This document shows, one piece after another, positions 41,652 to 56,263 of a DNA stretch of 64,000 nucleotides (its first letter is position 1; each line of letters starts with the position of its first letter). The stretch lies in contig OZ024747.1 of the NCBI GenBank assembly GCA_964016885.1, forward strand, positions 63,426,001 through 63,490,000, read 5' to 3'. The translations under genes and the position numbers were made by a program. Source of the DNA: Eledone cirrhosa (Eukaryota). Below the pieces are notes generated by a model, which saw nothing but the letters and a program-made list of their open reading frames with translations, had not been told where the DNA came from and searched no databases.

Positions 41652-42205
41652 AATTGCTTCTACTTTTGGCACAAGGACAGCAATTACCCAGTGCATTACT
41701 GGTACTCTAATAATAATGGTGGATGGCCTTTTATGTTCTGAATTCAAATCCCTCCAAGGTTAGCTTTGCCTTTCATCCTTGCAGGGTAAATAAAATAAAG
41801 CCCCAGTAACACACTGGGGTTGATTTAATCGATTTTCTCCTCACCCCCTAAAATTGTTGGCCTTGTGCCCAAATCAGAAACCATTACTATTATTATCCAA
41901 GGTTAGCTTTGCTTTTCATCCTTACGGGGTCGATAAAATAAAGTACCAGTTATGCACTGGTATAATTGCTGGCCTTGTGCCAAAAGTAGAAACAATTATT
42001 ATTATTATCCAAGAAATGGATTGGCAGTATCGGTAGAGGATCGGACGCCATGCTTTGACGCATAGAGATACGGACCTTGCCATTCTGAGTTCAAATCCTG
42101 CCGAGGTTAACTTTGCCTTTCATCCTTACGGGGTCGATAAAATAAAGTACCAGTAATGCACTGGTTAATTGCTGACTTTGTGCCAAAAGTAGAAAAAATT
42201 ATTAT
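41652..42205. mobile_element. Cluster of four SINE B copies or fragments
   Basis: One minus tail plus three plus-strand copies joined through (ATT)n tails. Confidence 0.85.
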
Positions 42206-42578
42206 CCAAGAACCTACAGCCTACTGCTGCCTTACAATTCAGCTCTGTTCTTTCATTCATTCCTTCATTCCTTCCATACATATTCTTCTATACAATGAAA
42301 GTCCCCCTCTTTGTCTCCAACAATAGATGTGTCTTTATCACATGTTCTTACTGCTTCTTTCTACAGTGAGACCACCCTCTACGTTATTTTGATTGATTAT
42401 TGGCTCTAGTCTATCAATCATTTCATGCGCTGTCTTTTTATACTCATTGCTGAATGTATGTATATATGTGAGTATATGTATGCGTGAGACCTGTACGTTT
42501 CCACACATACGCGCACACACAAATATATATGATTTATTGTATTACAGTTCTAGTGACTCAAGTACCCAAACCTTACTA

Positions 42579-42658
<80 letters not shown>

Positions 42659-42885
42659 TGTGAAGGCACGTGGCTGAGTGGTAAGAGAATTGGATTTACA
42701 ATCATGAGGTTGTAAGTTTGATTCCTGGACCAGGCGTTATGTCCTTGAGCAAGACACTTTATTTCATGTTGCTTCTTCTATCTGGTGTTGCGACTGATCG
42801 AGAGTATTAGAAATTGGAAAGACCAATGGAAATAGTGTTTCCTTGGTCTGATTTCATGAAAGTCGATCGACTGTCGATATATATG

Positions 42886-42916
<31 letters not shown>

Positions 42917-42920
<4 letters not shown>

Positions 42921-43105
42921 AGTTTAATATAAAAATGGCTTCTACAGCCCTAGAACTGTTTCATTCAAAAGAAATCATTAGGAAAACTTTTGAAACATTT
43001 CTTGTCGTTAGAAGCCATTTCTATATTAAACTTGATGTTTACACTCTACTAATGTATTGAATACCTTACTTACTGTGGTTACCCCCAATTGAAACCAAGA
43101 CTTTC
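42917..43105. mobile_element. Foldback short element in (TA)n (family P3)
   Basis: Inverted arms 42917-42944 and 43009-43036. The minus-strand degenerate core reads CTAATGA-T-TTC(TTTT)GAA-T-GAAA. The tail motif ACTGTGGTTAC is shared with 18.4/18.9 kb and 51.4 kb. Confidence 0.7.
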
Positions 43106-43129
43106 ATATATATATATATATATATATAT

Positions 43130-45007
43130 GCGCAACTAATCAGAGAGAGAATTGATCTAGATGAAATGCAGTTTGGGTTTGTGTCAGGCAAAAGTATCAC
43201 AGACGCTCTTTTCATTGTACGACAACTACAGGAGAAGTACCTAGCTAAAAGTAAACCCCTATACTTAGCTTTCGTCAACTTGGAGAAAGCCTTCGACAGA
43301 GTCCCCCGTTCCATTATCTGGTGGTCTCTTAGAAAACTAGGTGTTGACGAATGGCTTGTGAGAGCTATACAAGCCATGTATAAAGAAACAGTCAGTAAGG
43401 TTAGAATTAACAACGAATATAGTGAAGAGTTTAGCGTAAAAGTTGGTGTCCATCAGGGCTCTGTTCTTAGCCCCCTACTATTTATTATTGCCCTTCAGGC
43501 TATAACAGAGGAGTTCAAGACCGGCTGCCCATGGGAACTCCTATACGCAGATGATCTAACGCTCATAGCTGAATCAATGACCGAACTAGAGAAGAAATTC
43601 CAAACATGGAAGCACGGCCTAGAATCAAAAGGCCTTAAAATTAACCTGGCTAAGACTAAAGTTCTAGTTTGTAGGAAAGAAAATAAGGCGGCAGTCCCAT
43701 CTGGGAAATGGCCATGCTCAGTGTGTAGGAAAGGCGTAGGTAGAAACTCCATTTTATGTCCCAAATACAAAGTATGGGTGCATAAAAGATGTAGTGGGAT
43801 CACAGGTAAGCTAACTAAGAACATAGATTTTACATGTGGCCGGTGCTCTGGTGCAATAAGTAGCAGCAAGTGCCCACAAAATACTAGCTCCTTCAACTGC
43901 GCAGAGGGTTCTATAGAAATAGTGGACAGCTTCCGTTACCTGGGTGACAAAATCAGCAGTGGGGGAGGGTGCTCTGAAAGTACAGTAGCTAGAGTCAGAA
44001 CTGGATGGAAAAAGTTCAGAGAGCTTATACCACTATTAGCCGCTAGAGGGTTCTCCCTAAAAATGAAAGGCAGGTTATACGATGCCTGCATACGAAGAGC
44101 AATGCTGCATGGCAGTGAGACCTGGGCATTGTGTGCAGAGGATATACGCAGACTAGAGAGAAACGAAGCTTGCATGCTCCGCTGGATGTGCAATAGTAAT
44201 ATACGTGAACGGCAAAGCATAAACGAACTAAAGAAAAAATTAGAAATAAGAGGGATCAGATGTTGTTTACTCGAGAGAAGGCTACGTTGGTACGGTCACG
44301 TGATGCGCATGAAAGACGACAGCTGTATAACAAAGTGCAGGGCAATAAAGATAGACGGTAGCCACGGAGTAGGCAGACCCAGAAAAACATGGGACGAGCT
44401 GATAAATTCCGACCTCACACTCTTACACCTCTCCAAGACAATGTCACTGGACCGATACCTTTGGCGGTACTCAGTAATAGAGAAGACCCGCCTTACCTAA
44501 ATACAAAGTAAAAACCTACTACAGTCAGTAGGCATCTCTATCAAAACACCCCCCCGTCCCACCACCTCCACCCCATCCACACCGCCCCTTTCAATGTAAA
44601 GTTATGTTGGTCCCACAACATCCAGGCCGAAACAAATGAGATCGTGTAGGTGTCACGATAAAAAAACACACAGTCCACGCTGTAAATGTGGCCGTGTAGG
44701 CAACACGGTAAAAACCTCCCAGCCCCACACTGTAAATGTGGTTGGTGTTAGGAAGGGCATCCAGCTGTAGAAAACCCGCCAGACAGTCCACGCTGTAATG
44801 TGGCCGTGTAGGCAACACGGTAAAAACCTCCCAGCCCCACACTGTAAATGTGGTTGGTGTTAGGAAGGGCATCCAACTGTAGAAAACCCACCAGACAGTC
44901 CTATGCGAGCAAGACAACCATTCTTGCCTCAAGTGGGAAAACCCCTGTCCAAACCCATGCAAGCGTGGAACACGGACGCTAAACCTGATGATGATGATGA
45001 TGATGAT
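43130..45007 (+). mobile_element. 5'-truncated RTE-clade LINE (subfamily 1): RT ORF 43166-44500 plus 3'UTR ending in (GAT)n
   Basis: The ORF has QFGF...DALF, LEKAFDRV, GVHQGSVLSPLLF, LYADD, FRYLG, MLHGSETW, RRLRWYGHV and GRPRKTW motifs typical of RTE RT. The 3'UTR ends TGATGATGA. The element starts right after a (TA)n tract and has no APE domain (truncated). Confidence 0.95.
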
Positions 45008-48000
45008 ATATGTGTGTTACAAATGATCATGGGTTTTGCATCTAGAAATTTCCTCCCTATTGCACAAGTTTGGGCAAGGGGGCGAAGTGATTTTCTCGAA
45101 GATTAGCAGCCACCCATTCATGCCAATATCCCCTGTTCATGCCACAGATGTTATCCAGGGGAAAGGCAATGGCTGCTAAACTTGGTACCAGTGACATCGC
45201 AACTCATTTCTACAGCTGAATGAACTGGCGCAATATGAAAATAAAGTGTCTTGCTGAAGGACGCCAGGAATTGAACTCACAACCTCCTAATTATAAGCCC
45301 AATACTCTAATCCCTAAGCCATGCAACTTCACATATACACACATATACTTCCACTACAGACACACACACATATACACACATACTTTATTTATATGCTAAT
45401 TTTACACAATGAATTTTATCATTCACAAGGAATTTTATTCCAATCTGTGATTAATGTCCTCAATCCAATAGTAAAAAATCATCTATGTTGACTTTCTCCA
45501 CACTGTTAAGTATTTACCATTCAAAGATATCTTTATTCATCATTTACTTTTCATATTCTTTTATGGATATTCTCTTACAGGGTTGACTTCATGCATTTTA
45601 TTATGGCATGAGTACTACCATTTATAAAATGTATTGGATGTATTTTATCATGGGACTATCAATAATTATTTACAGAGTGTACTGGGTGAATTTTATCATA
45701 GTACCATTTCATAACACTTTATCAAATGTAATAGGTGCATTTTATTGTGGTACCAGCATGAGCATTCATATATCAATTTGAGAAAATGTACGTGTGTAAA
45801 GGGGAGGTAGGGGATGGTGAAAAACTATACCAAAACAGTGGCTGGTATTCCATTTGCTATGCTGTGTGTGAGTGTATGTGTATGTTTGTATGAATGTATG
45901 TGTATTTCTGTGAATGTATGTCTGTGAGTGTGCATTTTTGTGTGTCTGTGCTTGCGTGTTTATATTTATATATTCATACATATAAATGTATGCATATGCA
46001 TATAGACACATGCTACACACATATACATATATGCATCAGCATGTTGTAAAAAATCCTAGTTTTACAGAATGCACTGGGTGCATTTTATCACAGTACCATC
46101 AATATCTTAACTATTTATATTAATCTACTGCTATTTTCTACTATATATTTATGCAAAGCTGCAACACATACATTTAGATAGAGATATTCTAAATGTATGT
46201 GTTCTCTTCCACCTTCTGCACTTTGTAAATATAACCAGCTGGTCTGTTCAACAAACAATCTACTGATTTGTTAAACATGAAAATATAATTGCCATAAGCT
46301 AACCTTAAGAAATTCTTTATGTAACTGGCAGAATTCTTTCCTAAGGAAATAGATGTAAAATAGAGAAAAACAAACTGGAAGATTGCAAGAACATAAATGT
46401 AAAAAATGGCATAGCAAAACTCAGGGAACCATTATGTCTTAACTAAATAGATAAAGAAAATCTGAACTAAATCAAAAAGAACATGCCTGTGTCTATCCTT
46501 GTATATAAACTGTCAGTGTCTTTACAGAAGTGATTGTATATCATTCTTCTTATACCATTTACAAATGGAATAATAGATATGGTTTTTAACTGACATAAGA
46601 TCTTTTACTTATCAGCTTAGTCATTAAAATTCTTTAGTTTTATATGACACTCTTACTCAACATTATAGTTAAGTGATAATGCTAATCTTTTATTCTCAAT
46701 AAAATTAATACCAGACATATAAAACGAGTACTCAGGTCAATAACATAGATTAAATCAAGGCAGTGCCCCAGCATGGTTACAGACTGTAAAAGAGCGTAAT
46801 TCATAAGAAATATGGTAATGAAATGGTTCAACTCCTGGATGTTTATTTCTTCAGTGTTAGCTATACTGTATAGAATGTGGCTTTTGTTATTTGTTCAGAA
46901 GATATGGCACTCTAATCATTATATTTCTAATGGTAGACACTGTCTATGATAATTGAGTCGATATTTTTACCCTCTACTCATATTTCTAATGACAGACACT
47001 GTCTATGACAAATACTTTTGAAAATAATCACAAAATTTGAGAGATTTGATAATATAACTACTCTTCTTATTATATAACTTGTGAGTGGAACATAACTTAA
47101 CAAAGGTTCTTATGACGGAAGGATTTAAGGTCTATATAAATACTTTTAAATGTTTCATATTATAGAACCAATGTCTGTTTCAGATGTTTTTGGTATCAAA
47201 GAGGTTTATATCCTAGAATTCTACAGAGCCATATTTTATGATTAGCAATGGAATTGTATTAATGGCACACATATTCTTGTTAGTGAGAATACATTTATGA
47301 AATTCTTTTTTTCTTTTAAACTCTCTCAAATTATTCATTTTTCATTTGCATTCACACAGTTTTCACCTATACAGTTTCACTTTGATCTATACCTAATTAT
47401 TTATAGGAAACCAAATTGTCACCCCCCAACACCCACCCTGTATTCTCTCCCTCTATGAAGTTCAGAATCGTCTGCTTGACTTGTCAATCCACCTCATTTT
47501 ACTGTAAAATGTTTGCATTTTTACATATTATCATTGTTATTAACATTGATGTTGTTGTTGTTGTGGTTGTTAGCAGTTATCCTCATCATTGTTGCTGATA
47601 TTTTCAAAATGAAAAAAAAAACACCTGTATTGCACAAAGAATAATGCTTTGTTTAAAATAAATAAAAAAACTTATCCTCAGCTTTATATTAAAATTTGGA
47701 TGAAGAAGAGGGAAAAGATGCATCCAAAATTTGTGTCATTCTGTAAAATCTACACATGCACACACTCATATATATATCAATGAAATATATATATGAATAT
47801 ATACCTATTATAGCTATTTCAGTGTGTGCATTTGTTGTTTGCATAACATTGTTAAACTGGTTAGGGGGTATGTGAAATGTAAAGATTCTTTTCATTAAAA
47901 TAACAGTAATGGCTTCTTTCTTCCCCCCACAGAAGTTTATGGCAAACGCTCTCACACGTCCATAAAAGAGGATAAAAATAAATCAAAGTAGCATAGAACT

Positions 48001-48296
48001 CTGGAAACTATTTAAATAGTTTATTTGACTTCTGTTCATGTTATTTAACACTTTCATTACCATATTTCTTATGAAAGACTCTGCCTATAATATTCATATG
48101 ATTTAAAAAATAAAGAATTTGGAGGGATTTAGAAATATAACTAAATTTCTTGCTATCAAGCTGGTAGTTGGAACACAAGTTAATGAAGGTTTTTACAGAA
48201 AATTAAGATGGCAGGCTTTTAGATAGATATAAACTCTTTAACCTTTTTCCTACCATATTTCTTATGAAAGACACTGCCTATGATATTAAAAAATAA

Positions 48297-48484
48297 TTGT
48301 TTCTACTTTAGGCACAAGGCCAGCAATTACCCAGTGCATTACTGGTACTTTATTTTATCGACCCCGTAAGGATGAAAGGCAAAGTCAACCTCGGCGGGAT
48401 TTGAACTCAGATCGTAAAGGGTCGTAACTTTGCTGGAAAGCATGGCGTCCGACCCTCTACCGATACTGCCAATCTACCGCCCTT
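48297..48484 (-). mobile_element. SINE family B with 17-bp TSD
   Basis: Flanked by TGATATTAAAAAATAAT on both sides and inserted into a TTAA-type MITE. Confidence 0.9.
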
Positions 48485-50446
48485 GATATTAAAAAATAAT
48501 AACTTAATTAACATTATTATTATTAATTTGGTTTTTGGGAGCATAATTTAGCAAAGGCAGTTTTATGAAATTATTATGGAAGGTTTAGTAAGACCCACTG
48601 ACCAGGATTGAACTCCTGACCACGATGTCTACTGTCTCTATTACCTCCAACTGAGTCACTGAGATAAATATTTTAGAATAGACAGTTTTGTAACATAGAA
48701 ATGAGCAGTATCAGGTGGTTTAGTATCAAAGTTATCTCTAATCAGGCTTTATAGAATGAAAACAATTTTATTTTATTTTTTCTGCCATTGCAAGTCAGAG
48801 GCGTTAATCCTCTCAATAAACAAATCCCCCAAAAAACTAAACAAATAAATTAATAAACAAAATAAATAAATAATTAAAAATTAACAATTTAATTTCTTTA
48901 TGCATCCTACTTTAAATTGACTTACACCTGAACCACTTGTCTATTAAATGGTTGTTTGACCTACAAATAACAGCTATATCTCTCTCAATGAGACACTACC
49001 ATGAGGAGGTCAACAATTGTAGTCCACCCCCACCATTAAGCTTTAGCATCTTGTAAGCTTTAGCATCTTGTCAATTCTCACTGCTTTTACCTTAGCCTTT
49101 CTTTGGCCTACCTCTACCACTTCTTTCTCTCAACTTGGAACTCTTATCACTTGTTTATTCAACTATTAGCATCCATAGACATTACATATCTGTTCCAGTA
49201 GTCTTTTCTCCTGTACATATATACATATATATGATTCTTTTTATACTGTTTTTTTCTCAGATTATCTGTATTATTATTGTTTATGTACATTAACATTATA
49301 CATCCCACAAAGCATGTTTCATTCATTGTTTTTGTAGTTTGTGTGTACATATTTCTGTGTATGTAAAAGAAGTATGAATGTGAACGCAGTATGTTAGTTC
49401 ATTAGTTTGTTACCAAATGCAAAAAATAGAATAAGTTTGGAATATCTTCAAGCTAAGTACAATTTATTCTGTAGTTCCACAGCTAACTTTCTTATGTTTC
49501 TGTTTAATAGCACCAATAAAATAAATAAAGTTACCCGTCTTTGTAATTAACATTGGCATCACATTTTACCTGTAGCAGAATCCAATATATGATTGAATCC
49601 ACAACTAGTAGTGAACTAATGCTGTTTAGAGATTGTGACCAAAACAACTTACAAAAACTAGCAGAGCATCATAATCATCATCATCATAATTATATCTGCT
49701 ATCTATGTCAGTTCTTATCAAGAGTTACTGATCTTACTAACACAGTCACTTTACCAAGTATTTTGGCTGCACTTTATAGTAGTACTAGCACTAGTGATTT
49801 TGTGAGCTTGTAATGTAATGATTGAAGAGTCCTCTCTATCCTGTGTTGTTATTACTAGTTAAATGTCAACTACTCAACAAATTTTACTGAGTGCATTTTA
49901 TAGTGGGACCAACACTAGGGAGGTTGCCTTCTTCTAAGGCAAACCTGTTTAAGATTGAGAGTAGGAGGGAGTGATTATGATGGGACATGGTTGTATACCA
50001 ATTGAACTATACATATAATGTAGCTGTTAGAATATTCAAAGAGGTAGAAAGAACTTAGGGGAAGAGTTAGAAGGTGGCTTAATATAGTACTTGGTTAAAA
50101 TGCTTGCATGTTTCATAGCCAACATCACTGTGAAGGCAGGTGTCTTAGTGGTTAGAGAATTCGATTTGTAATTGTGAGGTGGCAAGTTCAATTCCAGGAC
50201 CGGGCAATGCATTATGTCCTTGAGCAAGACACTTTATTTCACATTGTTCTTTCTGCCAGAAGTTGAAACTGATAGATAGTATCAGCAATAAAAAGACCAA
50301 TGGAAACATTGTTTCCTTGGTCCAATTTAACATGTTTCATCTCACTCAGTAAATGGGATTTCGTCAATCAATTTAATCAATTGACTGATCACTGTGGCTA
50401 CAGATCAGATCAATTGTATATACAGATGTATGTATGCTTATAGATA

Positions 50447-50487
<41 letters not shown>

Positions 50488-50920
50488 TTATCATCATTAC
50501 CTATCTATCCATTTTCCAGCCTGGCATGGGTTTGACAGGTTGTCATGGTACATGACTATGTTGGTTGGGGAGAGCTCATCTTGCTCATGCATTCCAAATT
50601 TGGCATGGTTTCAATAGCTTCATGCACTTCCAACCATTTTACAGTGTGTGCCATGTATATGTGTGTATGTATAAAGATGCATATATGTATACCACCCCAT
50701 ATGTTTGTATGTATATATATATAGTAAAATAAAACAGGGATGAGTGGTTACTCCTTCATTACGTTTATTAGTTGGTGATGTGCGTTTCGTCACTGATCAG
50801 CTCAAGGTTCGGTCTGTATCAATCTAGCCTGACTCTGTAAACCACAACTCGTCAAACTCCTTACAATGGTAATGAAAAAATGATTATACATGGCGTATGG
50901 TAGTCAGTGAAATTTGTATG

Positions 50921-50992
<72 letters not shown>

Positions 50993-51193
50993 CACCCTTT
51001 ACCCCCCTTTTAATTTCAGTTTATTTTGATCATGCCTTCTATTTAAATTTATTTCATTCCTTGTATTTTGATCATGCTTTATTTTTATTTTTATCTTTAT
51101 TTTTTATTTTTTCATTCGCACCGTTTCCTTTCGCTATATGTCTCTCCACCACTCCCCTACACACCCTTTGAACTCTGTTCCCACACACTTCTC

Positions 51194-51225
51194 ACCTGAG
51201 GAAGGGCTTATGCCCGAAACGTCGT
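51194..51225 (+). ncRNA. Minimal hammerhead ribozyme
   Basis: AC-CTGAGGA-A-GGGC(TTAT)GCCC-GAAA-C-GTC-GT with a GUC site and a short stem I. It lies in the (TA)n-flanked insert 50993-51315. Confidence 0.7.
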
Positions 51226-51313
51226 CCCCCACCAACACCCCACTCTCCAGAGCGTGAAATTAATAAACATTCGTTGTACTGCCTCTCTGTTTTGTCCCTG
51301 TTCAAATTCTTCC

Positions 51314-51364
<51 letters not shown>

Positions 51365-51366
<2 letters not shown>

Positions 51367-51502
51367 ATTCTGAGTTGAGACAGGAGTAACCACAGTAAAT
51401 ACATGTGAGGACAGAGGTATGTATAGAAAAGGCTTTTACAGGACTACAACTGTTTCATTTGTATGAAACAATCATTCCTGATGTAAAAGTCTTTTTCTAT
51501 AT
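51365..51502. mobile_element. Foldback short element (family P3)
   Basis: GTAACCACAGT tail motif, inverted arms 51422-51443 and 51476-51501, and TTTCATTTGTATGAAA shared with 18481. Confidence 0.65.
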
Positions 51503-51506
51503 AAGC

Positions 51507-51569
<63 letters not shown>

Positions 51570-51593
51570 CTAATAAGCAGAATGGCATTTGAG

Positions 51594-51639
<46 letters not shown>

Positions 51640-51946
51640 AATGCCATTCTGCTTATTAGTAATAGTCATGGTGGTGTTTTTTTTTTTTTATGATTTGAAT
51701 AGTAGTGGGAATATTTTTTTCCATAATTGTAATGACAATAAATTAGCTATAACTTTGATTACACATGTAAAGATGTGCTGCAGGTGAACAAGTACATTAA
51801 AACAACAACACTACTACCATCAACACCATTAACAACAACAACATAATCTAGCATGAAATGCTGCTGTTGATACTGTTGCTAATTCTCTAGAATTACCATA
51901 TTAATATATATATAAATTTATAAATATATATATATACATAAAGAAA

Positions 51947-52013
<67 letters not shown>

Positions 52014-53701
52014 AAATGAAAATATATATATATATATATATATAAAGAAATGAAAATATAAATATATATATACACATGAATATATATATTACTTTTCTCT
52101 ATTTATTGGTTATTTCTATTATTGTTTTGTTGCTTTTTATCTGCTTGTAATTAAGTATCAATCAAGTTGTCTTAATTGCAAATGTAATAAAAGGAATGCA
52201 GGTATTTTTTCAATTCTGCACAAGGATTTTATTTCAATAGCTAAGTTAATGTGTGTTCATAGTTTCTCAGGTGACAGGTAAATGTCATTAGAGTCACATG
52301 ATTTTACAGTAGCAATTCCATTAACACCTTGTGGCGAATAAAAGAAATGATTATTACGGTGGATTGGCAGAAGAATTGGTAGAGAGTCGGACAACATGCT
52401 TCGTGGCATAGAGTTATGGTCCTTTACATTCTGAGTTCAAATCCTGCTGAGGTTAGCTTTGCCTTTCATTCTTACAGAGTTGAGAAAATAAAGCACCAGT
52501 AATGCACTGTGGGCAATTCCCCCCCCCCCCCCAAAAAAAAAAAAATTGTTGGCCTTATGCCTAAATCAGAAATCTTTATTGTTACTCTCTATGGCAGTGA
52601 ATTGGCAGAATCGGTGGAACAATGGACAACTTTACATTCTGAGTTCAAATCCCATTGAGGTTAGCTTTGCCTTTCATCCTTACGGGCTTGATAAAATAAA
52701 GTACTAGTAACATACTGGGCTCGATTTATTTGACTTTCCTATCACATCAGAATAGTTGACTTCATGCCAAAATAAACACCCGTTACTTTTTATGGCAAGG
52801 AAGGGGCAAAATCGGTAGAGCATTGGACAAAATGCTTTCCTGAATTTAGTTGTGTTCTGAGCTCAAGTCTCACTGTGGTCAAATTTGCCTTTCATCCTCC
52901 CAGGTTTGATAAAATAAAGTACCAGTTAAATACGGAATCAATATGGAATCAATATGGAATCAATGTAATTGACTTTCTCCTTTTCAGAATAGTTATGTTT
53001 GGTGAAATTCCAATTTCCTTCAAATAACTTTCTAAGCCTGGTGACAGATCCTAATTTTCATATCACTATTGGTATTATTCTTGTGTTTTTGCCCTAGCAA
53101 TTTCGACTCTCAATTTTTGAAAGCTCTGTCTACTTAACAATAGTTAACAAGCTCACAGATTTTCTGGTATGAAATAAACCAAGTCTGAATAAAAGGATAG
53201 GATGGTCACAGCTGGAATGCTGTTGTTCATATGCCGTTATCTCTTATCAAATTAGCATCCTATACATCAGGTTTTAATGTGTCAATGTTATTTACTCAAG
53301 AGAAACATTCTTACAATAGTATTATATAAGAAACAAATTACAATAGTATTATATAAGGTGTGTATATAATAAGATATAGAAAAAGAATTAAAATAAGGGG
53401 AAGGTGGAAATGAGCAGCAGACTCTACACTACAGTCAAGGTGGTATATCTCATTTGCATCTAACAAACAAAATAACAAAGGCTTTGTTGTGAAGAACAGC
53501 CAGCAACACCCAATATGTCAGACACTCTACCTTGGGGGATCCCTTCCTCAGGCAGGAGGCATGCCTCCTGATTTTGTAGAGGAAAATGGCAGTTCAGGGA
53601 CCGGGGATACCAGAGGTCTCAAGGCAACTGGCATGAAAAGGAAGGAGTTGTTTAAGTCCCGAAATTTGAAACTGGATAGTTATATGTGTTTATGTGAGAG
53701 A

Positions 53702-53751
<50 letters not shown>

Positions 53752-53955
53752 GAGGGAATAGTAATTGAGAAATTCGTGAATAATTTGACCCTGCCTTTTA
53801 ATCCTTTCACTGTTGATAAAATAACTACTGAAGGTACTCAATAAACAGTACATACTAACACACCTACCATCCACCTCTCATATATAATATATATACATAT
53901 TTGTGTATGTTTATATACATATATGTGAATATATATATATATGTATATATATATG

Positions 53956-53990
<35 letters not shown>

Positions 53991-55835
53991 GTATATATAT
54001 ATATATATATATATAAGGTGAAACAATTGTTCTCAGTAATTGTGAACTAACTGTTGTGGAACTACTTCTATATATATATATATATACACACATACATATA
54101 TATGTATATATACATATATATGTATATATACATATATTTGTATATATGTGTACATATATATGTATATATATACATATATTATATATACATATATAATATA
54201 TATATATTACAAAAAAAAAAAAATTAAGTAAACTACAATACTTAATAGCTAGGCAAAATAAATCATTATTATTAAAATCATTTCTGATTTATGTCAAAAA
54301 TAAAATAATAGCTGGACGCAATAAATCTTGCCAAAGAATATGAACTGGGAGAATATTTATTTCAACCAAACAAACGGATTTTGGTTGTACATTTTGAAGT
54401 GGAGAGACATGGGTGGAGTGTGTAGTGGGAGGTTGGCTTCATTAATCTTTGTTTTTTGTCTTTTAAGTACCACATATTAGTAATTGTTAAAAAATATCCA
54501 TTAAATAGGACTTTTTATTTTCTGCATATTAACTCACAGACTTTTTTAAACTTTTATCTCATTTTCATAAGATGTAAAAAAAAAAGACATTATTTCGGAG
54601 TTGCACTTGTTTTGGTGAACTATGTGCAATGAAATTGAAGCAATTACATCGTAGAAGAACCAATTTTACTATTAAAGAAAACACATAAAAACTATGGGCA
54701 CAGACATGGCTGTGTGGCTAAAGTGTTCGCTCCCATCTAGAATTGCCTTGGGCAAGTACATTTTGCAAAAGTTTCAAGTTGAACATACCTTATAATTGAA
54801 GTTTGGTTGATTGGAACTGCAGAAACTTGTCATGTAGGTGTGTGTTTGTTCTTATGGTTATATTTGTCTGTCTCCTGTAACCTAGTGGTTTGACAAACAG
54901 TGATCAATAAAATAAATCACAGACTTGGAAAATTAAAACCAGTAAAATGTCATACACTATATTAAACTGTTTGTATTATGGGTCAGTATTCAGGAAATCC
55001 TTTAGACACATACACAGGCACACATACACATAAATATAAACTGTATACATATTTACATACAAAACTTCAACAACATCTATCCCTTATTCTCTCCATCTCA
55101 TACACAGTAATACAACTCACAGGTAATAATAATAATAATTGCCCTAGGTGTCAGGAAGACACTTGGCATATATCAGAAACAATACCGAAGGAAAAAGAAT
55201 AACAATAATAATAATAATTATTTCTACTGTTGGCACAAGGCCAAACAATAATAATAATGGTTTCTTATTTAGGTCCAAGGCCAACAATTTTAGGGGAGGG
55301 CAAATCGATGAAATTGACCCCAGTGCATTACTGTTGCTTCATTTTATCAACCCTGTAAGGATGAAATGCAAAGCTAACCTTGGCGGTATTTGAACTCAGA
55401 AAGTAAATGACCGTAACTCTATGCTGCAAAGCATATTCTCCGACCCTCTACCGATACTGCCAATCCATCACCCTAATAATAATTAAACTGCAGCTCACTA
55501 TGAATTAGGATAAGGATACACAGCTCAGCACCATACACTGTAATAGAAAAAATATTGTACCTGTAATTCAAAGGAGTAGATATGCCAGTCTGAATCTCTT
55601 TGAGAATTATGTCCAATATCTGTATGTCTAACAAATGTTCAGCCATTTGCATGTTAATTTCACAATCTAGATGTTCCATTGATCAAACAACTGGGACATT
55701 GATTGTTAAAACTGAAGGAGTTTCATTAACTTGCCATGATGTTAAAGTTTTCATGTCATAATTTGTGACCTGGCCATCGACAGAGTTCCACTACAACTAA
55801 TTCCAAACAACAATATATATATATATATAATAGTA

Positions 55836-55875
55836 TCACTGATGATGTCACAGGTGTGTGATGAAAGAACTCTGA
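55836..55875 (+). ncRNA. Minimal hammerhead ribozyme
   Basis: TCA-CTGATGA-TG-TCACA(GGTG)TGTGA-T-GAAA-GAA-CTC-TGA. The whole insert is about 50 bp between (TA)n tracts. Confidence 0.7.
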
Positions 55876-56099
55876 GAGACTATATATATATATTTATATC
55901 AATATTTTTAACTGTTGGTCAATCAATGATAAACATTGATTGCCAGCTAAATTAACTATAGATATAAAATATATGAAAGCGAAAACCAACCCCAACCAAA
56001 CAGTGAGTGTTTTATTATATATTTTTGGCAATACTATAACAATATGACTCTCCCCAAACATAACTATATATATACACACACACACATACACACACACAC

Positions 56100-56137
<38 letters not shown>

Positions 56138-56263
56138 TAATAATAATTACTTCTGCATCTTCAGATTAATTTTTCTCAGTTTTAGAAGACCCCGTAAAAT
56201 AGTGAAAGCATCAATTCTTTGCTTAAACTTTAATCTGTACCAATAAGGAATATATATATATAT

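Noticed and set aside
43166-44500. Active retrotransposon
   Set aside because: It is 5'-truncated, lacks the endonuclease, has the first catalytic Asp read as Asn (FVNLEKAFD) and has one finger Cys changed to Tyr.
49535-49572. Possible minus-strand micro-exon, and a similar weak exon at about 12347-12411
   Set aside because: Weak splice context and no recognisable peptide.
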